From an uncultured Candidatus Saccharibacteria bacterium (GTDB lineage: Bacteria; Patescibacteriota; Minisyncoccia; Phycocordibacterales; UBA9973), in contig CAYHBT010000001.1 of the NCBI GenBank assembly GCA_964354935.1, positions 10,751-74,750 of the forward strand: a DNA stretch of 64,000 nt, given 5' to 3'. The translations under genes and the position numbers were made by a program. The stretch's first letter is position 1, and each line of letters opens with the position of its first letter. The notes under the pieces were generated by a model. The model had not been told where the DNA came from. It worked only from the letters and a program-made list of their open reading frames with translations, and did not search any database. Shown piece after piece: positions 55,882-64,000 of the stretch.

Positions 55882-55919
55882 TTTATGACTATCTTTTACA
55901 TATGTTTAAGATGGTCATA
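55882..55919 (+). promoter_or_regulatory. conserved about 30-nt palindromic motif, copy 1 (ttatgacTATCTTTTACATATGTTTAAgatggtcataa), 30 nt upstream of the PaaX-like gene. A TATAAT sits at 55936.
   Basis: Repeat of the motif at 56541 and 41929(rc). Confidence 0.55.
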
Positions 55920-55947
55920 AGGATTATGTTATTGTATAATAGGCAAC

Positions 55948-56502
55948 ATGAAAGGAGAAATAATTTATAAAATTCTAAATTCTTTGGGTGATGTGGTGCT
56001 TGACCAAGTTGATTTTGTAAACGCTTTTTTGGCGGCAGGATATGGCGCAACAGGCAATAAAATAAATTATGAATTTTCAAAAATACAAGACAAAAGAATT
56101 AGAAGACAGCTGGAAAAAGAAAAAATATCAAAATTTAAAAATTACTTAGCCAAGCTCAAAGGTAACGGACTGATTTTAGAGAATGAATCAAAAAAAATAT
56201 ATCTAAGCGAAAAAGGCAAGAACAAATTAAATAAATTTAAAAATTCCCCTTTATCAAACAAAGAAAATTATAAAAAGAAAATAGGGGAAAGAGTTGTGGT
56301 TGTCAGCTATGACATACCAATAGCTTTTAACAAAGAAAGAAATATTTTGAGAGATATGTTGCGTATGCTAGGTTTCAATTTAGTTCATAAAAGTGTCTGG
56401 ATTGGCAAGGTTTTATTACCCGAGAGATTTGTTGCTGATTTAAGCAAATTGGGAATTTTGGATTATGTAGAAATTTTAGAAGTAACAAAAAACGGTACTT
56501 AA
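55948..56502 (+). CDS. PaaX-like transcriptional regulator (N-terminal winged HTH plus a Cas2/VapD-like middle domain; lacks the usual PaaX C-terminal domain)
   Basis: IYLSEKGKNKL wing. RVVVVSYDIPIAFNKERNILRDMLRMLGFNLVHKSVWIG resembles the PaaX/Cas2 fold pattern. Confidence 0.5.
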   Translation: MKGEIIYKILNSLGDVVLDQVDFVNAFLAAGYGATGNKINYEFSKIQDKRIRRQLEKEKISKFKNYLAKLKGNGLILENESKKIYLSEKGKNKLNKFKNSPLSNKENYKKKIGERVVVVSYDIPIAFNKERNILRDMLRMLGFNLVHKSVWIGKVLLPERFVADLSKLGILDYVEILEVTKNGT

Positions 56503-56540
56503 AAATCAAAAGATTAATTAATCTAATTTATTGCGGGTTT

Positions 56541-56575
56541 CTTACTATCTTTTACATATGTTCAACATCGTAAGG
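56541..56575 (+). promoter_or_regulatory. conserved about 30-nt palindromic motif, copy 2 (cttacTATCTTTTACATATGTTCAAcatcgtaagg), 55 nt upstream of gatB
   Basis: Repeat of the motif at 55882 and 41929(rc). Confidence 0.55.
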
Positions 56576-56627
56576 TTCTGTAGGAAGATTTATTAAAATA
56601 TTTTAAATATGTTAATATATTAGAGTT

Positions 56628-58058
56628 ATGGCGAACAAATATTACCCCACAATTGGACTAGAGATTCACGCAGAATTAAAGACGGAAACCAAGATGTTTT
56701 GTGGTTGCAGGAATAATCCTGATGAGGAGAAGCCGAACACTAATATTTGTCCGGTTTGTATGGCGCATCCGGGGGCTTTGCCGGTTTTAAACAAGAAAGC
56801 CATAAAGAATGTTATCAAAGTTGGCTTGGCGGTCGGCGGCAAGATTGCAGACTTCACAGAATTTGACCGAAAAAATTATTTTTATCCGGACATCCCGAAA
56901 GGTTATCAGATTTCGCAGTACAAATATCCGATAGTTTCTGGTGGAAATTTGGCGGGCATAGACATCACTCGAGTGCATTTAGAAGAAGATACAGCGAATA
57001 ATAAACATGACAGGGGAGACTTCTCTTTGATTGATTTCAACCGTTCCGGCGTGCCGCTTATGGAGCTTGTGACTGAAGCGCATACTTTTGAAAGTGCAGA
57101 GGAGACAGCTAAGACAGCCTCAAAATTTGCCAAAGAGCTTCAGCTTATACTTTGGTACTTGGGTGTGTCTGAAGCGAATATGGAGAAAGGCGAAATGCGA
57201 GTGGAAGCGAATATTTCTGTTTCCACTGACCCCAAAAAATTAAGCACAAAAGTGGAAGTAAAAAATTTGAACTCTTTCAAGAGTGTGGAAAAAGCAATCA
57301 AGTTTGAGATAGATAGAATGATAGAACTTCATGAAAGCGGCAAAGCGTCGGAAATAGTGCAGGAGACGCGCGGCTGGGACGAATCAAAGCAGAAAACTTT
57401 TTCGCAGAGAAAAAAAGAGGGGAGTGCGGACTATCGATATTTTCCTGAGCCGGATTTACCGAAGCTGTATTTGCATAAGGCTTTCGATTTAGAAAAAATA
57501 AAAAAAGAATTGCCGGAATTACCGGAGGCAAAACGCGCACGATATAAAAAAGATTTTGGAATAAAAGAAGAAGATATAGAGGTTTACATAAATGATCCTG
57601 AACTGGGCGCATGGTTTGAAGAAGCGGCGAAGATTTTGAAAGATAAAGAAAAAATAAAAATAGCATCAAATTATATTACGACAGACTATATGGGTCTCAA
57701 AAAAGCCCACTTGGCGGTTAAACCGCCAAGTGTTGGGAATTTCGCTGAATTAATAAATTTGGTGGCAGAAAATAAAATTTCTTCACGAGTAGCGAAAGAT
57801 ATCTTGGCGATGATTGTTGTAAGCGATGAATCGCCGCTTAAAATTGCAACAGAAAAAAATCTTCTACAAAGTAGCGACACAGGTGAACTTAAAAAAATTG
57901 CTCAAAAAATTATCGATGCCAATCCGAAAGTTGTGGCAGACTACAAAGGCGGTAAAGAACAGGCCACAATGTCCTTGGTTGGACAAATAATGAAAGAAAC
58001 CAAAGGCTCGGCGAATCCGGCGGTGACGAAGCAAATATTAGTTGAACTTCTAAAATAA
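56628..58058 (+). CDS. gatB: aspartyl/glutamyl-tRNA amidotransferase subunit B
   Basis: YPTIGLEIHAEL and CGCRNNPDE N-terminal region. C-terminal YqeY-like domain. Confidence 0.9.
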   Translation: MANKYYPTIGLEIHAELKTETKMFCGCRNNPDEEKPNTNICPVCMAHPGALPVLNKKAIKNVIKVGLAVGGKIADFTEFDRKNYFYPDIPKGYQISQYKYPIVSGGNLAGIDITRVHLEEDTANNKHDRGDFSLIDFNRSGVPLMELVTEAHTFESAEETAKTASKFAKELQLILWYLGVSEANMEKGEMRVEANISVSTDPKKLSTKVEVKNLNSFKSVEKAIKFEIDRMIELHESGKASEIVQETRGWDESKQKTFSQRKKEGSADYRYFPEPDLPKLYLHKAFDLEKIKKELPELPEAKRARYKKDFGIKEEDIEVYINDPELGAWFEEAAKILKDKEKIKIASNYITTDYMGLKKAHLAVKPPSVGNFAELINLVAENKISSRVAKDILAMIVVSDESPLKIATEKNLLQSSDTGELKKIAQKIIDANPKVVADYKGGKEQATMSLVGQIMKETKGSANPAVTKQILVELLK

Positions 58059-58132
58059 GAGTACTTGTCCCGTTAGAAATTCTACGGATATGTTATAATA
58101 ATTAAAATTATTAATTTAAAATTTCTAACGGG

Positions 58133-59005
58133 ATGAAAACATACAAAGAATATATTTTAGAAGCCGACCAAAAGGGAATCGCGATTGGGCATTTTAATGT
58201 TTCAAATTTAGAAGCCTTGCATGGTATTTACAATGCGGCAAAAAAATTAAACTTGCCGATTATTATCGGACTCTCCGAGGGAGAAGAGGCGTTTTTCGGC
58301 AAAGAAGAAGCTGTCGCTGTCGTCAGAGCTTTGCGAACAAGAGATAATTATCCGATATTTTTGAATGCCGATCACCATTATAGTTTTGAAGCGGTCAAGG
58401 CGTCGCTTGACGCGGGTTTTGATTCCGCGGTCATTGATCTGGTCAAGCTTCCGCTCGAAGAAAACATAAGAATCACCAAACAATGCGTCGAATACGCTCG
58501 CGAGCTTTCTAAAAAAGAAAACAGAGAAATTTTGATAGAAGCGGAACTGGGTTTTATCGGTTCTTCTTCAAAAATTTTAGACAAAATTCCTGATGGCGTG
58601 TCGGAAGCGACGATGACTACGCCGGAAGACGCAAAATATTTCGTCGAGGCGACCGGAGTAGATCTGCTCGCGCCTTCTATCGGCAATGTTCACGGAATGG
58701 TTAAAAGCGGAAATCCAAGGCTTCATCCAGAACGAGTCAAAGCTATTCGCGCGGCGACCGGCGTTCCGCTTGTCCTGCACGGCGGGTCTGGTTCGATGGA
58801 CGAAGATTTCATCGCTTGCATCAAAGAAGGGGTGGATATCGTACACATAAATACCGAAATCCGCGTCGCTTTCACTAATACATTGAGGAAATCTTTGGCG
58901 GAAAATCTAGAAGAAATCACTCCTTACAAATATATGCCTGCAAGCATCGATGCGGTCCAAAAAGTTGTCGAATCCCGACTGAAATTATTTAGCGGAATGA
59001 AATAA
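58133..59005 (+). CDS. fba: class II fructose/ketose-bisphosphate aldolase
   Basis: GHFNV, the His-rich metal site LNADHH, and HGGSG. Confidence 0.85.
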   Translation: MKTYKEYILEADQKGIAIGHFNVSNLEALHGIYNAAKKLNLPIIIGLSEGEEAFFGKEEAVAVVRALRTRDNYPIFLNADHHYSFEAVKASLDAGFDSAVIDLVKLPLEENIRITKQCVEYARELSKKENREILIEAELGFIGSSSKILDKIPDGVSEATMTTPEDAKYFVEATGVDLLAPSIGNVHGMVKSGNPRLHPERVKAIRAATGVPLVLHGGSGSMDEDFIACIKEGVDIVHINTEIRVAFTNTLRKSLAENLEEITPYKYMPASIDAVQKVVESRLKLFSGMK

Positions 59006-59009
59006 TTTT

Positions 59010-60860
59010 TTGAAAAACTTGAAATCTGAAATTAAAAAATTTTTTAAGGGAGATGCGGAGGATAGTGAAGCGACCCTCTTTAAGTATTCGCACGATGCGA
59101 GCTTGCTCGAAGTGATGCCCAAGCTCGTGCTTTTTCCGAAAGATTCGGAAGATGTGAAAAATTTGCTTAAATGGGTGAATGCAAATTCCACTCGCTCAGA
59201 CTTACTAGAAAAATACGGCAAACTTTCTGTGACTGCCAGATGCGCGGGGACAGATATGTCGGGTGGAGCCATCGGAGAATCGATTATTTTGGATTTTACT
59301 CGTTATATGAATAAATTAATCGGCGGACCGTTGCCGATTGGCGGTGCGGGATTTAAAAAGAATAAAAATTATCCAGTTACGACTTCATCTATCACCGTGG
59401 AGCCCGGAATGTTTTATCGGGATTTTGAAAAAATAACTTTAGCAAAAGGACTTATCTTGCCCTGCTTCACCGCTTCAAAAAGCTTGAATGCGATGGGTGG
59501 AATGTTTGGCAACAATTCAGCGGGAGAGCGCACTTTGAAATATGGCAAAACCGAAGATTATATTTTGGAGACAAAGGTTGTCCTTGCTGATGGCAGTGAA
59601 TGCGTAGTTAAACCTTTAAACAAAGAAGAATTAAATAAAAAAATCGCACAGAATGATTTCGAAGGAGAAATTTATAAAAAAATATCTCAATTAATCACGC
59701 AAAATGAAGACGAGATAAGACATTCCAAACCAGTCGTTCATAAAAATTCTGCCGGATACTATATTTGGAATGTTGTGGAGGATTCGGCTGTAAAAAATTC
59801 TTCCGCTTTCCTCCACCCTGCGGGCGGAACCTTCCGCGGGGCGAATTCTTCACAGCCGAATCCTGAAGTGCCAAAAAATTCTCTTGATTCCTATTTTGAT
59901 CTAAACAAACTTCTCGTCGGCTCGCAAGGCACTTTAGGTATTGCGACCGAGCTGACTTTCAAAATAATACCGGAAAATAAGTATTCCAAATTAGTAGCGA
60001 TTTTTATGAAAGATCTGGCGCCGCTTGGTCGCTTGGTTGATGAGATTTTAAGATTAAACCCTGAAACACTAGAATCTTACGATGACAAGACGATGAGGTT
60101 GGCGGTACGATTTTTCCCAGATTTTTTGAAAACCAAAGGAATCTTTGGAATGTTGAAATTAATGAGGAATTTTTTGCCTGAATTTTTAATGATGATAAAG
60201 GGCGGTTTTCCAAAGCTGATTCTTTTGGTTGAATTTACCGGAGATGATGAAAAATTCGTCAATCAAAAATGTTTAAAGCTAGCAGATCAAATTAAAAATT
60301 TTAAATTAGAAGTTCACATCACCAAGTCCAACGAAGAGGCGAATAAATATTGGGATATCAGAAGAGAGAGTTTTGCTCTTTTGCGAAAACATGTAAAAGG
60401 AATGCGTACAGCGCCGTTTATTGATGATATCATCGTGCGACCAGAATTTCTACCGAAATTTATTCCCGAGCTGAATACTATTTTAAGCAAATATAATCTA
60501 ACTTACACGCTGGCGGGGCACGCGGGAGATGGCAATTTTCATATTATTCCTCTGATGGATTTCAAACGCCCCGATATTGCTAAAATAATAATGGATCTTT
60601 CTGAGAAAGTTTACGATTTAGTGGCGAAATATCAAGGTTCAATTACCGCCGAACACAATGACGGATTAATTCGCACTCCATATCTTAGTAAAATGTACGA
60701 CGAGATAATGCTTAAAATTTTCGCGCAAATTAAGGAAATTTTTGACTCCAAAAATATTTTAAATACTGGAAAAAAAGTCCCGACAGAAAATTTCGGTGGA
60801 ACGAAAGAATACATTGCTTCGCATATCGCGATGGAACACCAAGCTGGGCACAAAATTTAA
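59010..60860 (+). CDS. FAD-linked oxidase (GlcD/D-lactate dehydrogenase-like, FAD_binding_4 plus C-terminal domain) containing the same in-frame 60-nt repeat found in leuS
   Basis: FAD_binding_4 region (GAGTDMSGGA). C-terminal oxidase domain. Shares the repeat peptide KNSSAFLHPAGGTFR with leuS. Confidence 0.7.
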   Translation: MKNLKSEIKKFFKGDAEDSEATLFKYSHDASLLEVMPKLVLFPKDSEDVKNLLKWVNANSTRSDLLEKYGKLSVTARCAGTDMSGGAIGESIILDFTRYMNKLIGGPLPIGGAGFKKNKNYPVTTSSITVEPGMFYRDFEKITLAKGLILPCFTASKSLNAMGGMFGNNSAGERTLKYGKTEDYILETKVVLADGSECVVKPLNKEELNKKIAQNDFEGEIYKKISQLITQNEDEIRHSKPVVHKNSAGYYIWNVVEDSAVKNSSAFLHPAGGTFRGANSSQPNPEVPKNSLDSYFDLNKLLVGSQGTLGIATELTFKIIPENKYSKLVAIFMKDLAPLGRLVDEILRLNPETLESYDDKTMRLAVRFFPDFLKTKGIFGMLKLMRNFLPEFLMMIKGGFPKLILLVEFTGDDEKFVNQKCLKLADQIKNFKLEVHITKSNEEANKYWDIRRESFALLRKHVKGMRTAPFIDDIIVRPEFLPKFIPELNTILSKYNLTYTLAGHAGDGNFHIIPLMDFKRPDIAKIIMDLSEKVYDLVAKYQGSITAEHNDGLIRTPYLSKMYDEIMLKIFAQIKEIFDSKNILNTGKKVPTENFGGTKEYIASHIAMEHQAGHKI

Positions 60861-60862
60861 AT

Positions 60863-60888
60863 TTGCGTTAGAGGTCTTACCTAGTGCA
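60863..60888. repeat. degenerate REP3 copy (ttgcgttagaggtcttacctagtgca)
   Basis: Resembles the gcgttaggtcttgcctaacgc palindrome. Confidence 0.5.
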
Positions 60889-60900
60889 GAAAAAATTATT

Positions 60901-61419
60901 ATGGATCAACAATTTAAACAAATAAATCAAAATCAGTTTTCAAAAGGTGAGATTGAAAGTACAAGAAAGCTTAAGGAAAGAGCAGATATTAAACAAAATA
61001 TCGTTACAGCTATTCACAACGGAAATGCTGAACAATTAGTGAACGCTATTCAGAAAGCTAGGTATGTATTATTTGATCTTGAACACAAAGACCCCAAAAT
61101 AATGGATAGACAGAATAGATTGCATGTTGATGACGGCCACTGGCAGAGGCAGTTTGAAAAATTTCTTCAGGAAGTAAAAAGGAATGACGAACGCAAAGAT
61201 TATACTAATAATTCAGGCGAGATATATCTAGATGGTGTTTCAAGGATTTTCATTGAAGTTAAAGGAGATGAAGTCAAGCTTATACCTTCTTCGGTGTCTA
61301 AAGCAGAAGTCGCAAATATCTTAGCTCTCATAAATCAAGCCTTTGATTTTTATTACGACAAAGATAAATCAGTAGTTAGCCCAGAACTGAAAGCCTATAT
61401 TGAAACCAACCCAAATTAG
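60901..61419 (+). CDS. hypothetical protein bracketed by REP3 copies (listed ORF 60796..61419; likely start MDQQF at 60901)
   Basis: ORF only; no motifs recognised. Confidence 0.35.
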   Translation: MDQQFKQINQNQFSKGEIESTRKLKERADIKQNIVTAIHNGNAEQLVNAIQKARYVLFDLEHKDPKIMDRQNRLHVDDGHWQRQFEKFLQEVKRNDERKDYTNNSGEIYLDGVSRIFIEVKGDEVKLIPSSVSKAEVANILALINQAFDFYYDKDKSVVSPELKAYIETNPN

Positions 61420-61423
61420 ATTA

Positions 61424-61449
61424 CTGCGTTAGGTCTTGCCTAACGCAAG
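61424..61449. repeat. REP3 palindrome ctgcgttaggtcttgcctaacgcaag
   Basis: Perfect palindrome. The listed RAYT-3 ATG lies inside it. Confidence 0.8.
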
Positions 61450-62143
61450 GGTTATTTGGTATTATATTAATATGTCTATTCGGAAAGTGAACTTAGTTCA
61501 AGGTGAGTATTATCACATTTACAATCGCGGCAATAGTAAACAGAAAATTTTCCACGACAAGGAGGATTATTTAAGATTCATTTCTTTGCTTTATATTTCA
61601 AATACAAGCGAAAGTTTTAATCTTTACGATTTAAGCAGAGATCCTAATTTTAATATTTACGAGTTAGAAAGGAATAATCTTTTGGTTAACATAGGAGCAC
61701 ATTGTCTGATGCCAAATCATTTTCATATATTGATGACCGAAATATCAGAAGGAGGAATAAGTAAATTTATGCAAAAACTAGGTACTGCTTATTCTATGTA
61801 TTACAACACAAAGTACGAAAGAACTGGCGGGTTGTTTGAGGGCAAGTTTAAAGCTCAACACGCAAGTACAGATCGACATTTAAAATATTTATTTTCTTAT
61901 ATACATTTAAATCCAGTAAAGCTTATTCAAAGAGATTGGAAAGAGAAAGGGATTAAAAATAAAAGAGAAGCGATAGACTATCTGATTAAATATACTTATT
62001 CAAGCTACCTAGATTTTATGGGGGACAAGCGAGTTCAAAATAAAATATTAAATTTAGAATCATTCCCAAATTACTTCCCTAACAAGACTTCATTTAACGA
62101 AGAAATTTTTGAGTGGCTTAGCTTTCAGGAAGAATTGCGTTAG
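61436..62143 (+). CDS. REP-associated tyrosine transposase (RAYT) copy 3 (probable start MSIRKVN at 61473)
   Basis: GEYYHIYNRG, MPNHFHILM and YIHLNPVK motifs. Confidence 0.8.
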   Translation: MPNARVIWYYINMSIRKVNLVQGEYYHIYNRGNSKQKIFHDKEDYLRFISLLYISNTSESFNLYDLSRDPNFNIYELERNNLLVNIGAHCLMPNHFHILMTEISEGGISKFMQKLGTAYSMYYNTKYERTGGLFEGKFKAQHASTDRHLKYLFSYIHLNPVKLIQRDWKEKGIKNKREAIDYLIKYTYSSYLDFMGDKRVQNKILNLESFPNYFPNKTSFNEEIFEWLSFQEELR

Positions 62144-62169
62144 GCAAGACCTAACGCAACCTAACGCAA
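62135..62169. repeat. REP3 palindrome ttgcgttaggcaagacctaacgcaa plus a cctaacgcaa half-copy. Overlaps the RAYT-3 stop codon.
   Basis: Perfect palindrome in inverted orientation relative to 61424. Confidence 0.8.
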
Positions 62170-62205
62170 TTTGCATTTTAATTTTTTTTCTGTATACTTG
62201 AATTT

Positions 62206-62898
62206 ATGTTTGTAATTAAAGCTTCCAAGCGAGATTTGGACACAAAATTAGGAGTTTTAAGGAAATCCGGAATTATTCCGGCTGTTTTTTATGGAGCTGG
62301 CAAGGAAAGTACTTCTATTTCTATTTCGAATACTGAATTCAAGAAAGTCTGGAGAGAAGCCGGGGAATCTTCGGCTGTTAAAATCGGAATGGACAAAGGC
62401 GGAGATATTGATGTGCTAATTCACGAGGTGCAAGTCGATCCGGTAACCGATGAGCCAATACATGTAGATTTTCTCGCTATCGATATGACAAAGAAAATCA
62501 AAGTTAAAGTTCCTCTCGTCTTTGAAGGCATTTCCGGCGCAGTCAAGAGTGGAATTGGAAATCTTGTGAAGGTTCTTCACGAAATTGAAATCGAAGCCTT
62601 GCCAGCCGCATTGCCTCAGAATCTAAAAGTTGATATTTCCAAGCTTGAAGGTCTAGATAATAATATCATTGTTTCCGATATAAAACTTCCATCTGGAGTC
62701 GTGGCAATCACACACGGTACTGATGTCGTCGCTTCTATTGTCGCTCAGGTTGAGGAAAAAGAAGAAGTCGCCGCGCCGGTTGATTTGTCTGCTATTGAAG
62801 TAGAAAAGAAAGGCAAGGTTGAAGAGGAAGGAGCCGGAGCAGATGCTGCCGCCCCAGCTAAAGACGAAAAACCTGAAAAGAAAGCGGAGAAGAAGTAA
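62206..62898 (+). CDS. rplY: 50S ribosomal protein L25/general stress protein Ctc, with a C-terminal Ala/Lys/Glu-rich tail
   Basis: bL25 beta-barrel pattern (VFYG, VKIG, VQVDPVTDEPIHVDF) plus a CTC-type second domain. Confidence 0.8.
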   Translation: MFVIKASKRDLDTKLGVLRKSGIIPAVFYGAGKESTSISISNTEFKKVWREAGESSAVKIGMDKGGDIDVLIHEVQVDPVTDEPIHVDFLAIDMTKKIKVKVPLVFEGISGAVKSGIGNLVKVLHEIEIEALPAALPQNLKVDISKLEGLDNNIIVSDIKLPSGVVAITHGTDVVASIVAQVEEKEEVAAPVDLSAIEVEKKGKVEEEGAGADAAAPAKDEKPEKKAEKK

Positions 62899-62933
62899 AA
62901 TAAAAAATTAAAATTATGCTATAATAAAAACTA

Positions 62934-64000
62934 TGGGTAAGAAAACCATAGTTTTTATTTTGTTGGGTTTTGTATATATATTTAGTTTTTCCATCTCGAA
63001 ATCAATTTTGGCTTTTGATTGTCTTTCTCTCACCATATCCTCCGCTCAATCGGACAAAGATTATTGCAAAGGCGAGTTGGCTCAAATAGAAGCTGAACTC
63101 GCAGGACTAATAAATCAGCAAAAAGAGCAACAAAAACAAACAGGCACATTGAAGGGTGATGTCGACTATTTGACTAGTCAAATTAATGCCCTGAAGGCAA
63201 AAATCAAAGCGAGGGGCCTTATCATTGCCCAGCTTAAAGTAAATATAATAGAAAAAAACAATACCATCAAATCGCTTTCGGAAAAAATAGAGCGTGAACA
63301 TGAATCTTTGGCCCAACTTTTACGCAATACCAACGAATTTGATGAAGAGACAATAATACATTTAGTATTATCAGACGACAGTGTTTCTGGTTTTTTTAGC
63401 GATCTAGAATCTTATGCTTCAATCAAGCAAGCGGTAAAAAATTCAATTGATATTATCAATGGAGTAAAAGTCCAGACTGAAATTGCAAAAAAAGATTTAG
63501 AGATAAAACAAGATGCTGAGACTGATGCTAAAGCAGAACTTGAAAGCGCTCAAAAAAAAGTGTCTCAATCTGAAGCAGACAAAAAAGTATTATTGGCAAT
63601 TTCAAAAAACAAAGAGGCTGAATATCAAAAACTCGCGGCACAGAAAAAAATTCAAGCAGATAGAATTCGTAGCGCCCTATTCAGCCTTGCCGGCATATCG
63701 CAAAAAATAGATTTCGGCACGGCGCTTGAGTATGCAAATTTTGTAAAAAATCAGACAGGAGTGGATCCAGCTTTTTTGCTGGCTATTTTGACGCAGGAAA
63801 GTAATTTGGGATCAAATGTCGGCCAATGCTATCTGACCAATACCGAAACCGGAGCCGGAGTCGGCAAAAATACCGGAGCTGTTTTTGCAAATGTAATGAA
63901 GCCGACTCGTGATGTCGGACCTTTTTTAGAAATAACAAATATGCTTGAGATAAACGCTTTTCAAACTGCTGTTTCTTGTCCAATTGCCGGAGTCGCGGGG
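62934..64000 (+). CDS. secreted or membrane-anchored coiled-coil protein with a C-terminal lytic transglycosylase (SLT) domain. 3' partial: runs off the window.
   Basis: N-terminal signal/TM segment, a long coiled coil, and an SLT motif LLAILTQESNLGS. No stop codon before the window ends. Confidence 0.6.

Larger units (their letters stand above)
60863..62169 (+). mobile_element. REP-(cargo ORF)-REP-RAYT-REP unit 3
   Basis: Three REP copies, the RAYT gene and one hypothetical ORF. Confidence 0.6.

Overview
This is a low-GC, gene-dense bacterial window. The gene content suggests a streamlined, possibly CPR/Patescibacteria-like genome: mostly small proteins, a minimal pyruvate kinase, an archaeal-type bifunctional PGI/PMI, a MYG1 hydrolase, an O-antigen-ligase/TPR fusion, and tRNA genes that do not encode CCA.

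Core housekeeping content:
- Translation: leuS (5' partial), lepA, valS, lysS, gatB, tsaD, rsmH, rpsU, rplY, ybeY, greA, obg.
- Cell envelope and division: murJ, the dcw cluster (mraZ-rsmH-ftsL-ftsI-murF), ftsA, ftsZ, ftsB-like, a GT39-like glycosyltransferase, and an NDP-sugar nucleotidyltransferase.
- Metabolism: hydroxypyruvate reductase + glycerate 2-kinase, eno, a minimal pyk, pyrD, fba, gdh, trxB, a glutaredoxin-like protein, PGI/PMI, and a FAD-linked oxidase.
- tRNAs: Gly(CCC), Arg(CCT), Phe(GAA), Val(GAC), Glu(TTC), Ser(CGA), Glu(CTC).

Accessory and unusual content:
1. Three separate REP-associated tyrosine transposase (RAYT) genes, each bracketed by its own perfect palindromic REP.
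2. A roughly 4 kb low-GC island next to tRNA-Phe (which carries a duplicated 3' half) encoding an SbnA/SbnB-type L-2,3-diaminopropionate synthase pair plus a histidine phosphatase and an APH-like kinase.
3. Several families of GC-rich palindromic or repeat elements that sit in-frame inside essential genes (lepA, trxB, tsaD, leuS, an HI0933-like flavoprotein, the FAD oxidase) as well as in intergenic terminators, reminiscent of Rickettsia palindromic elements. One family is a hairpin with a conserved core and copy-specific arms.
4. A Nudix-box domain embedded in LeuRS.
5. A PaaX-like regulator flanked by a conserved ~30-nt palindromic motif that recurs upstream of gatB and of the dcw cluster.
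6. A high-GC islet carrying a multi-hairpin putative ncRNA upstream of tRNA-Glu.
7. A LysE-family gene frameshifted at a T8 homopolymer.
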